A DNA stretch of 64,000 nt from Macrostomum hystrix (taxonomy: Eukaryota; Animalia; Platyhelminthes), in assembly GCA_950097015.1 (NCBI GenBank), contig CATNEN010000039.1:3534001-3598000 (forward strand), read 5' to 3'. Of this stretch, positions 26,207 through 37,383 are shown piece by piece. The notes beneath the pieces are model-generated. The model saw nothing but the letters and a program-made list of their open reading frames with translations, was not told the DNA's origin and did no database searches. The position numbers were made by a program, and so were the translations under genes. Each line of letters opens with the position of its first letter. Position 1 is the stretch's first letter.

Positions 26207-26320
26207 ATGCCCGCCAAGAAAACCGATGCCAAGAAACCAGCCGATGCCGGCAAGGACGCCAAGCAGCAGCCGGCGAAGACCGAAGGTGGCGACGCCAAGG
26301 CCGGTCAGAAGAAGAAGTGA
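26207..26320 (+). CDS. 37-aa microprotein, copy 13
   Basis: Intact ORF with upstream TTTGCAG acceptor. Confidence 0.8.
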   Translation: MPAKKTDAKKPADAGKDAKQQPAKTEGGDAKAGQKKK

Positions 26321-26996
26321 TCGGCTCTGACTGATTTGCCACCTGCCTGATTGATTAGTTCGATCAGTAGACTCAGCTGATAGTGTATCCGTATTCATAT
26401 TTGCTGTCTCGTATCATACAGTACGCTAATGTAGTCATGTACTGTAATTACACTGTAACGGAAGTGTGAGTTGCCAGGTGCAGAAGCATTTTTGTAACCG
26501 TTGGCGCCCTTCAAATTGTCCTGAAATATTTCTACTCGTAATTAATAAGTCATCGCTGAGCAGCCTCCATCGGTTCTGACTCGCTTGTTCGTATTTAAAT
26601 CGCAACTGTTCGTGTTGTTTCTTTTGTTTTACCCTTTAGTGTTTACACTGGTCGAGTAGTTAGTGAGGCTTTTTGTGATATGGGCAGCCACTTATAAGCT
26701 ACTCCGGTACCCGTTGCTCATGATCATTCCTGACTTAAGGAATTTTCAATCTGTGGGAATCAGAACAGAGTGCCCATTGACACCAGGGGAGAGCTCATTG
26801 TTACCAGTGTAGTGCTCTTAACAAAATATGTAATGTTAAACTCATATTATCTATAGTTTGTTTTTTCTTTTGAAGAGCTAACTAGTTTTGTTGAGTAATG
26901 AAAATATTACGACCATAATTTCCTACAGTTGTTTACAGAAAACTGTTCTCTGATTTGCAGCTCTAGCATCAACTTCCAGCCAGCCAGCCAGCCACA

Positions 26997-27110
26997 ATGC
27001 CCGCCAAGAAAGCCGATGCTAAGAAGCCAGCCGATGCCGGTAAGGACGCCAAGCAGCAGCCGGCGAAGGCCGAAGGTGGCGATGCCAAGGCCGGTCAGAA
27101 GAAAAAGTGA
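26997..27110 (+). CDS. 37-aa microprotein, copy 14
   Basis: Intact ORF; mostly unique 3' flank. Confidence 0.8.
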   Translation: MPAKKADAKKPADAGKDAKQQPAKAEGGDAKAGQKKK

Positions 27111-27847
27111 TCGGCTCTGACTGATTTGCCACCTGCCTGATTGATGTGTTACATAATTGGACTGACTCTTCTTTGAGTCCATAATTTAGTGTATCCGTAC
27201 AATTAAATGCGCTGACTTTTTATTCTTACCCTAAGCGCACTTTACTTACCTCCTCGATCGCAGTTGCGTAATAGTAGCAGGTAAAATATGTTATATGTAT
27301 GTTACAAGCGTAGTGGTATATCGCAGGGAGTACTCGTTTTTACAGCAGACCTTTAGCGGAATAAAACCGACACCCATGACCGACTGTGTCATTCGTTGTG
27401 AAATAAGACAAATTCAAAGTAAATTTATAATGCAAGCTCTGGCTTATTTGTTTAATTGCCTACTCTCAACTTCGAACCCATTAGCAGTCTTAGTCTCGTG
27501 TAATAAGTGGTTGCCCACTTTGATTTCTAGCCGGTCGTATTGTTGAAGTCATGTTCTAGGGCCCGAAACTTGGGTTCGACGTAGCGCGAAGTGACACCAC
27601 TCGTTGCAGCGGTTTAAGGACCCTAGGTTACTGGTTCACTGAACTTGAATAATTTACAATGGCCTGAAGGAAATTTGTCAGCTAGCTCCTTGATTCAATA
27701 TTAACCAGTTGTTTGGCTTGGAGAGTCATTGGTACTCGTAACTGTTGGACCACATAAATATTATTTACTTGTTGAAGCGATTCGAATGTATTTAGTATAT
27801 AATTTTTTTATATTTCAGCTCTAGCAGCTCCAAGACACAAGTCCACA

Positions 27848-27961
27848 ATGCCCGCCAAGAAAGCCGATGCCAAGAAACCAGCCGATGCCGGCAAGGACGC
27901 CAAGCAGCAGCCGGCGAAGGCCGACGGCGGCGACGCCAAGGGCGGTCAGAAGAAGAAGTGA
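27848..27961 (+). CDS. 37-aa microprotein, copy 15
   Basis: Intact ORF; 5' leader resembles copy 5. Confidence 0.8.
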   Translation: MPAKKADAKKPADAGKDAKQQPAKADGGDAKGGQKKK

Positions 27962-28512
27962 TCGGCTCTGACTGATTTGCCACCTGCCTGTTCGATGAGT
28001 TCGATCAGTAGACTCAGCTGATAGTGTATTGTTACTTGCTGTCTCGTATCATACTGTACGCTAATGTAGTCATGCCGTAATTACACTGTAACAGGTGTGT
28101 GAGTTGCCAGGTGCAGACGCATTTGTGTAGCAGGTGGCGCCCATCAAATCGTCCTGAAATATTTGTACTCGTATCTAATAAATCATCGCTGAGCAGCCTC
28201 CATCGGTTCTGACTCGCTTGTTCGTATTTTCTCTCACCTTGTTGGCTTAAGTGTTTGTGTCCATTTATATTGTGGCTTTTGTTCTAGTTCTTATGGGGCA
28301 ATCTGAATCAGAGTCTCTAGATGCCATGATAGAAACTCACATTTGCACGAGCTATTTCCAAGTAGCAAATTCACGTTCTTAACTTTCGATATTGTTGCAA
28401 GCAAGCAAATTAAGCAAATTAGTTAAGTAGCTGTTTTTTTTAACAAAAATGTCTAATATTTTAATCTAATATAATTATCTATTTCAGCTATTGCCGCAGC
28501 CAGCCAGCCACA

Positions 28513-28626
28513 ATGCCCGCCAAGAAAGCTGACGCCAAGAAGCCAGCCGATGCCGGCAAGGACGCCAAGCAGCAGCCGGCGAAGGCTGAAGGTGGCGATG
28601 CCAAGGCCGGTCAGAAGAAGAAGTGA
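28513..28626 (+). CDS. 37-aa microprotein, copy 16 (last)
   Basis: Intact ORF; acceptor AG at 28487; AATAAA near 28725. Confidence 0.8.
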   Translation: MPAKKADAKKPADAGKDAKQQPAKAEGGDAKAGQKKK

Positions 28627-29837
28627 TCGGCTCTGACTGATTACGCGAGCAGTATTTTCACTTTGTTGTATGCGTGTCGGTGAAAAAAAATTTACCCTCA
28701 TTTGCTTTGCGGTTTAATTAATTCAATAAAAATCGAATTCACATGTGTGTTTCAATATGTTTATCGGTTCTAGCATTGAAATTGTATAGCGCAAAAGAAA
28801 ACGTTGCTGCAGTTACGGTTTCTGTTTAATTTTATTTGGCTTTTTCGACTAAACTTTCTACCTGACGAGCTTGCTATAAAGCCGTAAGAGCAGTCGTGTC
28901 TCACCTATGTTAAGACGATTTAATAAGCGATAAACGAGGGACTTCATCAGCATGGGAACTTTGTGCAATTATTAGAGGGCCGAAGTCTCAGAGTTACGGA
29001 TCACCTATGTAGTATCACCCGGCCTCTCTTTAACTGTGGAAAGGATTTGAGTTTGAGTTCCGCAAGTTACCGTAAATTCTAGTTATTTGCGTTTTGCCGT
29101 TGACATTGATTTTTTCACGACTATCAGGAGTGAAGCAGTAACTTTTTACTGTCCTTTAATCACTTCTCAAGAAAAGTACTGTCCGGTTGAGTTTGGCCTG
29201 GCTGGTACACCAACCTGAGAACTGCGGATCTGATGCTATAAATTATGTATTGAATTATTGCCAACGGTTGAAGGCTTGCGTCTTAATAATTTCAATCAAG
29301 CGAGAAAGTGAAAGGTTATTTAGCAGAGTTCATTTAAATCAGCATGCCAAAAGCCATTTAGAGTAGCTCAAACCTGGCTGGCAGCGTGCACCGACCGACC
29401 CCTGGCTAAATAGGCTGGGTGGGTTAAGTGTAGGTGCACTAGTCCCTGAAGGCATAATACATAACTACGAGTATATTGTATTATGTCTTCAACAAATGGC
29501 TTCATGTGCTACGAACAACTACCATGGACTCTTCCCGTCAGAAGGAGTTGAGAACCCCCCTGCAACCTGAATCTTCACTCATTGATTACCACCAATGGAA
29601 AATTTTATCGGCTGAAATATCTAGTTACTAGATCGATACAAAAATGAAAAACCGCGAATGACGCAATGCACTCTGCTCACCCACCCCGACTCCGTAACCA
29701 GAGAAACGAAAGAGAGTCAGTAGCATGACAGTATGTCACCTGACAGTAGCATGGAAATTCGGGTGTGTTATTAAATAACAAATGTTGCTAGTACGCTCGT
29801 ACAAGCCGAACTTAATATGAGAACTCATACAAAACTG

Positions 29838-30874
29838 TCAATAGCGCGTGTAGCAACCACGAACCTCAACCAGAGCGGAAACTCGGCGTGGCATTCCCAA
29901 AATTAGGCGCCGCAAGAAATTCTGAGGTAGCTGCTGCCATGCATTGGTCATCGCCTGGCGTAGCTCCGCAAGATTCTGGGGCGGGGCATTTGACGCTGGA
30001 TGGTGCATTTCATGAAATCCCAAACATGCTCAATGGGATTCATGTCAGGTGATCGCGATGGCCACCTCAGAGTTCGCAAGTTCAGTTGCTCCTTCAGCTG
30101 AGCCACAGCGGCAGCTCGGTGCGGCGGGGCGTTGTCGTCCTGGAGAATGCAGTTCTGAACCCCGCCAAATTCAGCATTGACAAAAGGCAGAAGATGCATT
30201 TTCAGTAAATTAGCGTAGACGCCTGCCGTTACATTTGAGGCCAGAAAGACAAGCTCCGTCTTGGCGTTCAACGTGATCCCCGCCCAAACATGCACCGAGG
30301 CTGAATGTCCGTCGGTGGCTTGAACGCGCTGTTACAGCATTTCCTGCCGCGGCTCTCGCCAAACACGAACGCGACCGTCTGCCTGAAAGAGGCGGAAGCG
30401 GCTCTCATCAGTGAATACGACGCGTCGCCATTGCTGCTGCCTCCAGTGAATTCGCTGCATCGCCCACAGCTCTCGTGTGGCGCTGTGAGCAGGCGTCAGT
30501 CGGGGTCGCTTGCGCATCTTCCGGCAGCGCAGCCCAGCCGCCCAACTTCTCCGTCGAATTGTTTGGGCGCTCAAGATGTTCCCGCGCCTGCTTCTTTCAC
30601 CCCAGATGAGTCGAAGCAATGTGGCAGGTAAGGTGGGGTTTCCCCTCACAATTCGCAGCAGTCGCCGATCAGCCCTTGCTGTGCTGCGCAGATGACGGCG
30701 CTGGACTCCACGACTTGCGTGCGCGACACTGCCAGTGTCTCTGGACTTCTGCAGAAGGCTGCGAATCGTCGAACGTGATCTGCCGAATTGACGGGCTACT
30801 GCTCGGATGGACATTCCGGCCTCAAGCATGCCTATGGCTCGCCATCGTTCACCATCGGTCATGTGGCGAACCAT
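29838..30874 (-). mobile_element. Tc1/mariner transposase, frameshifted (pseudogene)
   Basis: N-terminal HTH (GMSIRAVARQFGRSRSTI) and DDE motifs VVFTDESRF, LQDDNAPPH, SRSPDMNPIEHVW split over three frames; TIRs not identified. Confidence 0.9.
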
Positions 30875-31331
30875 TTTGGAGATAACCAGTAATACTGGTT
30901 ACTCGTTAGCTGCCTTTAGACTGAGTGTGCTAAATCATCCATTTTGAACTTCGCGATAACCCTTTACCCACCCACACTCTCCCACGGTAGCTCTCCTTGC
31001 AGTCATGTGTTAATGACACAGGAAAGCACAGAATTAACAGAAAGTTTTGTGGACTTCATAGAAAGCATACTTAAAGCTAGATAAAAAAGCCACTGCCCTG
31101 AGGCCCATATTTAGAATGCAAAAACACAATAGCTATTCTTCTTTCGGTCAGTTTTAATTTTCTCTTTAAATTTCAATATTTATTTTTTGTTTTAATGCCT
31201 TTGTTTATTTCAAAAATTAGTTTTTTCATTATATTTTATTCACCTAAAATTAATCTTATGCATGCATCGAATTGTTCAGCCTCAAACATAAAATAAGCAA
31301 AAAATCAGCACCCAATCGGCGTGCGCACCTC

Positions 31332-31399
<68 letters not shown>
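31332..31399. repeat. (AAT)n microsatellite
   Basis: About 22 perfect AAT units. Confidence 0.95.
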
Positions 31400-31600
31400 G
31401 GTGCACATTACGTAATTTGTGGCAGTGAGTTGAGATCAACCGTTACCCTCGCTCTGCTGAGTGTACACTTCGGCTTCGATTTGTGATCAGTTAAATCCAG
31501 AAAGTATTTGCGAAAGTTTCTAATCCGAAGGTGAGGGGTCGATATATATAGTTTGGTAGCAAAAAATGTTTTGTCTAGCTAAAGGACACTAATTATTCCT

Positions 31601-31670
31601 GTGGAGACGGAATCGAACTCCCCACCTTCAAGCCCTGAGTCGGACGCTCTAAACCACTAAGCTACAACCC
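31601..31670 (-). other. tRNA-derived sequence (SINE head or tRNA pseudogene)
   Basis: Minus strand GGGTTGTAGCTTAGTGG (A box)...GAGTTCGATTCC (B box); anticodon arm imperfect; related copy at 50203-50262. Confidence 0.6.
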
Positions 31671-31812
31671 TGGGGCCTATTTTATAAACGCATAAAATTT
31701 TGTTTTTGTTAGGCGACAAGTCACTGGCTTAGTTTGGCTAGCCTATTCCTATTAGTAAACCATACTACGGCTATTGAGGACGACGCAGTAAATTAATAGT
31801 CTATGGCAAAAC

Positions 31813-31911
31813 CAAGGACTACTAGACTAGATTATAGACTAGACTAGACTAGACTACTAGACTAGACTAGACTAGATTATAGACTATAACGACGTATTCC
31901 AGTGGTCCTTG
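31813..31911. mobile_element. 99-bp P-element-type MITE filled with (GACTA)n
   Basis: TIR CAAGGACTACTAG / CCAGTGGTCCTTG, exact 8-bp TSD GGCAAAAC (31805-31812, 31912-31919). Confidence 0.8.
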
Positions 31912-32245
31912 GGCAAAACTTGTCTAACCATGGAATGAATCGCGGATAAAAAAGACAGATTTTAGCATTGGTTTATGAAATCCATTTTTTTACTATAGAT
32001 AAAATCCGCGGACCCCGGGATTATAAGCAACTGGACTGGAAGGCTAAAAATAACCCATACCACAAGGGGGCATTAGTTTCCTACACAGCTTTTCTGCAGA
32101 GGGGCATGAATTGCTAACACAAATCACATAAATAGATAAATAGACACGTGTACAACTGAAAAAAACACTTTGCAACAGTGGAAAAAGCAAAAACATTTCT
32201 GACAAGCCACTTAATCTGAAACCGAGGCGAATCCGCAGTTAATTA

Positions 32246-33338
32246 TTAGTAGGAATCGGCAGACTGACTGGAGAGCTTCGTAATCTTCCGCTTCCTTCCG
32301 CGCTCCGAATCGCCAGAAACTTCCTTAGCCAGGTTCCTCATCATGCAGTTGAAGAACGCTTTAGACAATTCTGTCTTCACATCATGTCCTTGGGTGCATG
32401 TTGTGAGGTGGGTGAATGATTCTAGAAAAAGTGCGTCGTCGGTCATTTCGTCCACGAGTCCACAAAATACCAGCTGCTGCTGCTCAGCGCACATGAACTC
32501 CTTCTTCAATGTCTCCTTTCGCCGAATCTCTTAGAAAATTTTCCAGCAATGAGTGCCCAAAGCAAAAGCAAACTCAGTTGGCTGGCAAAGACCACCTCGG
32601 TTGATCTGGTCAATGAAGGAGGAGGCCTGTGCTGGAACCCAGTCAACATCCAACTGCGCGGCAGCATCTTCCTCCAACAGCAGTTCTCTGCACGAATCAC
32701 ACCTTCGGTTTTTCACCAGAGTTCGGGCAACAGCGGCAATGACGTAATAAATTACCGTCTGATCAGCAGGAGCTGGCTCGCAATCCATGTCTAGCTTTAC
32801 GGCCAAGTTGTTGACACAAGTACAGCTTGCCGTCGCACAGAGAGATTTGAAAACCTGCTGGCTTACTCTCCTCCTGATCAAGTCTGGAGCGCACGTCGTG
32901 TAGGCTGCAATCAGCAATTGAGTCGGCTTCCTGAAAGGTGTCGATGCTGCTTTGCAGGGCACTGAGTTCCCGCTCCAGACGTTCAGAAGAAGTCGCCGCT
33001 GTTGATCTCTGCGGCTTTTTTTCAGAGGACAGGTAGGATGGAGCGTTGGGAAAGATGGACGGCACAGCCCCTTGTTTCAAAAGGCGTCCTAGTAGTTGCT
33101 CCTTGCTCTTCTTACGTGCGGCGTTTGTATCCATGGAACTTTCAACGAAGTCGTCCGGATGAAAATGTCTGGAGCAAATCCTTGAGTTTTTTGTTGGCTC
33201 AAACTCCTGCCTTGGATTGGCTCGCTTCCACTTTTCCAGAAGAGCGGGGTCCTTCCATGGAAAACTATGGAAGCTGACTCTTGCGACAGTTCCATTTGCT
33301 CGATTTGAGCATCCGTACGCTGAGCAAGACTTCACCAT
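32246..33338 (-). mobile_element. Internally deleted THAP9/P-element transposase (THAP domain joined to C-terminal region, catalytic core absent)
   Basis: THAP C2CH pattern MVKSCSAYGC..FHSFP..W..CSRHF..AVPSIF; C-terminal VIYYVIAAVAR..CDSC..INRGGLCQPT with a frameshift and a premature stop at 32531. Confidence 0.8.
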
Positions 33339-33413
33339 TAGTGGTCTTCACTCTCAGAGTCTCAGACAATTATTAGTGCTAGTTAGCAAAAACAAGGAGA
33401 GATCGTTTTTAGG

Positions 33414-36400
33414 CACAGACCAAGAAATATAACTAGACTGCGCATCCCGCATTTCTTGCTTGGACTTCTTTTTGACCAAATGACAGTGGAAAAAATGGTC
33501 CCTCTCTCCCTACTCGAAAACGATCGATAATTGTGCTTGGGCAAGAAGTTAGGGTACAGGCCTGCTTTTCTTTCCGCCTGCGTTGATATGTAGCTATACT
33601 CGTATATTAAAGTGGTCTGGGGCCAAAAATATAAACTTATAAAACACATACTTGAAATACAAAGCAAGCTGCTTCAGTCTAATCTAAATCAATCCTCACC
33701 AAATCGAACTGCCATTGAAGAATCTAATTCTTCAAAACTGCCTAGTAGAAAAAGTCACGGCAGCTTTTGCAGCGCTCTAGGCTGCTCGAACAACTCGTCA
33801 ATGTCTCCGGCAGTGTCCTTCCATTTTTTCCAAAGGACACTGAAATGAAGAGAAAGTGGCTGGTTGCGCTCCGACGCAAGGAGTTCAAACCATCGGCGAC
33901 CACCCAAGTCTGCTCGGTCCACTTTGCAGAGTCTTGCTTCAAGGAACAACTAGCCGGCTTTCTGCCCACCACAAGAAGGCGGCTGTATCCAAATGCTGTT
34001 CCTTCTATCTTCCCGACGCTCCCTGACCGCCTGCAGCCTGTTGAAAAGAAGCGAAAAACAGCCACCGCCGCCGCCGCCGCTGCTCAGGAAGTTGACTTTG
34101 CTGCATTTTTGAAAGCGCCGGGATGTAGCAAGACGAAGGCTCAGCCAACTGACACGGAGGCAGATGAACTAGAACAACCCCTACAAGAACTGCATGCCAA
34201 CTGTGTGGCCAGAGAACAATTCAAAGAAAAGGTGAGTCCTAAAAAACCTGAGGCGCAGATACAATAGGCTTTTGGCTGCTCATAAGAGATCTAAGAAAAG
34301 TTCTAAGGCCATTGAAATCCTGCGTCGGACGGTACAGAGCAAGTACAGAAAAATTCTATCTCTGCGCTCAAAGCACAGGCAAATTAAACAGAGAGCCAAA
34401 ACATTGAAGGACGCAATTCTGGATCTAAAGGCCAAGTGCATGTTAAACGAAGCAGCGGCATCTCGATTGAATTTCTTGACCTCCGATTCACTGCTGAGCA
34501 GCATCGTGCCTTGCAATAGAAAAAGGACAAAGAGGTTCTCTGACGAAGTGCGCAAATTCGCCTCTGAATTGAATTTCTATAGTCCGAAGGCTTATGAGTA
34601 TGTACGAAAGTACTTTCAGCTTCCACATCCTGCGTCACTTAGAAAATGGCTCTCAAATGCAAAGTGCTTTCCAGGGTTTTGCGATCAGGCTTTCCAGGAA
34701 CTTTCGCGGCGACGCAGCTCCACTGACGGCCAAGCCTTTGACTACTGCAACGTTGTTGCTGATGAAATGTCGCTGGAGTCGATGATTGAATGGAATTCAA
34801 GCGAAGGTATGTTTTTTGGCTACGTTGACAAAGGTGATGGCAAACCAAGTGATCAGGAGGCGTCTTCGGCACTGGTAGTGATGGCAGTGGGGCTTAAGAG
34901 CTATTGGAAGCTGCCTTTAGGGTATTTTCTAGTGAATGGAGTTGACGGCGAATTTCTTTCGAGCGTTGTAGAGGAATCCATTCAGCGACTGTACCAGGTT
35001 GGCGTCATAGCAACATCATTCACATACGATGGAACTCAGCACAACATTGGAGCGATCGAACTCCTTGGCTCCAGAATAAGTTCTCCGAACGAGGTCGTCG
35101 CCTGCTTCCCGCACCCCTGCGATCCTAGCATTCAGGTTGCAGCCTTCCGGGATGTGCCTCATATGTTAAAGCTGATTCGCAATCAGTGGCAGTCACTGGG
35201 AAGATTTGTTTGGCCGAACAGAGGAAATATTGAATGGAAATACTCGTATGTTTCCATGTTGCAGCAAGTACAAGAAAGTCATGGAATCCGACTTGGAAAC
35301 AAGTTAAGCAGGCATCATATCAAGTTTGCTAATTTAAAGATGAAGGTCTATTTGGCATCACAACTGTTTAGCAAGTCAGTGGCCGACTCTTTGCGATGGG
35401 TGCATCAGCAAGGTGATCGGATTTGAGCACTCTGATGTGCTAGTCACCGCAGATTTCGTTGAGCACATGAATGATTTGTTCGACGCTTTCAATTCCAAGC
35501 GGCTGGTCAGTTATGGCGCCAAAATGGCTCTTAGAGCTGACAATCAGTCGGATTGGATCGATTTCTTCTCTAGCTCGATCGAACTTCTCCGTAGCCTTGA
35601 AACTCCGGCTGGCTGCAAGATAGTAGAAACCGCAAAGAAGACTTCCTAGGCTTCATCACCAACTGCCATGGCAATTATGGAGCTCGCTAAGTATTTCTTT
35701 TCGACTGGCGAATTATTCTTTCTTTGCACTTACAAGCTTTCGCAGGATTTTCTCGAACAAAACAGTTAATGCAGTAAGGCTACGAAATGGCTGGAACCAT
35801 AACCCAACGCCCACGCAATTTCGCTCAGCATTCAGGCAGCTGTTGGTGCATGCCGGAGGTGGAATCCTACAGTCCGTGAGTCCGAATGTGAGGCAGCAGG
35901 ATGCCACTATTCAGTTATCATTGTCTTGTCTGCCATCATCATCGGGACAGCAGCCATGGAAGCAGATGAAAGCTCAAAATGAAATGGGACTGAGTCTGGG
36001 TTCAATCCAACACTGCAAGAATGCATCGGTGTGTGACATTTGCCAGTCCATCGTGTGCTATATCGCAGGCGCGGTCGTCCGAAGAATAATGAAAGCAGTT
36101 GAATGTGCTCCGTGCAGGTCAGCTCTGATCACAAGCTCTGAGACGCCAGGAGCTTCACGCGGACCATGCTCACTCGTTGCCATAAAAAATGTTTTGAACA
36201 AGGAAGGAACTGGCGGCCTGATTTTTCCTAGCAGCAATGTCCTGTGGGTGCTGCTCAATGCAGAGACTGTTGTTCGGCGTGCCAGCTACAGCAGCGGATT
36301 CTCTAGTGATGTAGCTGTTCAGGAGATTCTGTGCATGTCAATCGATCTGTTCCCTGAACTGGACTCTCATTCGGCATCCGCGAGTATCAGCATTGAGTCT

Positions 36401-36906
36401 CACAAGCTGCATTTGATTCGAGTAATGGCTATGCTTTTTATAAATATTCGAATGAAGAAGCTGGCTAAGGATCTTTCACGCGTTGGAAGAAAACCCGGCA
36501 AGAGGCAAAGGCTGCTTCGAACAGCGATTTTTCTTAATTTGTAATCAGCGTATTCGCATATGGAGCCTGGTAAGTTATGGCTTCAATGCATTCTGTTTAA
36601 GCTTATTCCCGTGATAAACTATATATTTGCCATTAAATGCGTGCAAAAAATTCTAGATAAATTAAAAATGAATCTGTAGTTGTTAATTTGTTAATCTTAT
36701 TTCTTACTGAGTCTGAATTTTCAATAGTTACGAACATAAAGAAAAAAGAGACCCCGACAAGCTGAGTTGGCTGAGGGTAAGAAGAAAGGCCCGGGCACAA
36801 TTATCGATCGTGGGGGAGTGGGCACTGGGGTGCCACTTTTCCTACTAGGAAAAAGGCACAACTTTTTTACCCTCATGCGCAGTCTAGTTATATTTCTTGT
36901 TCTGTG
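33414..36906 (+). mobile_element. P-element/THAP9 DNA transposon with 32-bp TIRs; transposase pseudogene ~33738-36544
   Basis: TIR CACAGA(C/A)CAAGAAATATAACTAGACTGCGCAT at both ends; THAP domain, ADEMS, WKLPLGYF, DVPHMLKLIRN, KMKV, SQDFLE, GWNHNPT, YIAG motifs across several frames. Confidence 0.92.
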
Positions 36907-37383
36907 GTTGGCTCTGGGGCGTTAGACCTTGCGGGGGGTGGCTGGAGGGCGGGTGTACACCGCCGCGCGCTCTCTGGATTTCCGTCAGCGCGATTGGATA
37001 AGTGTACACTCATCACCGGCCCCCCCCTGAGGACTGATTTCTTATCAGCCTTCCGCCCCGCCCCGGCTTGGTCTGCTCTGTGCGTGTGGGGCGGGGGTGG
37101 GGGACACTGCTGCCTATTCTGGGTGCCTTACTTACTTGAAGTAAGTCAAGTCCAACAAGTGCAGTTGCAATAGGTATAGCCCCACCTGTTTAAATTGCAA
37201 AACGAAAATTCCAGAGAAAACTTCTAATTGTTTTTGCACACCAACAGGCAACCCCGGACTTCGAAAGTCCTATGAAGAGGATGCTCATTTTCACTTTTCG
37301 TGAAATACATAAGTGAGCAAAAAATGCTGTAACCACCTTTTTGATTATCCTCGTAGGACTAACACTTGGGCTGCCTACAGATA

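Larger units (their letters stand above)
17410..28626 (+). repeat. Tandem gene array of 16 microprotein units (period 625-954 bp)
   Basis: 16 ORFs of exactly 114 nt, all ATG..TGA, with divergent mosaic spacers. Confidence 0.95.

Noticed and set aside
17410-28626. Selenoprotein or UGA readthrough (all 16 stops are TGA, with a hairpin downstream)
   Set aside because: Downstream frames differ in length and sequence among copies, copy 4 has TGATAG, and the hairpin lacks SECIS geometry.
17353-28701. Antisense and alternative-frame ORFs over the array (MNTDTL.., MANQSE..)
   Set aside because: Starts, lengths and stops vary among copies, whereas the MPAKK frame is invariant.
29660-31470. Terminal inverted repeats for the Tc1 element
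   Set aside because: Only short imperfect candidates seen; no convincing TA-flanked pair.
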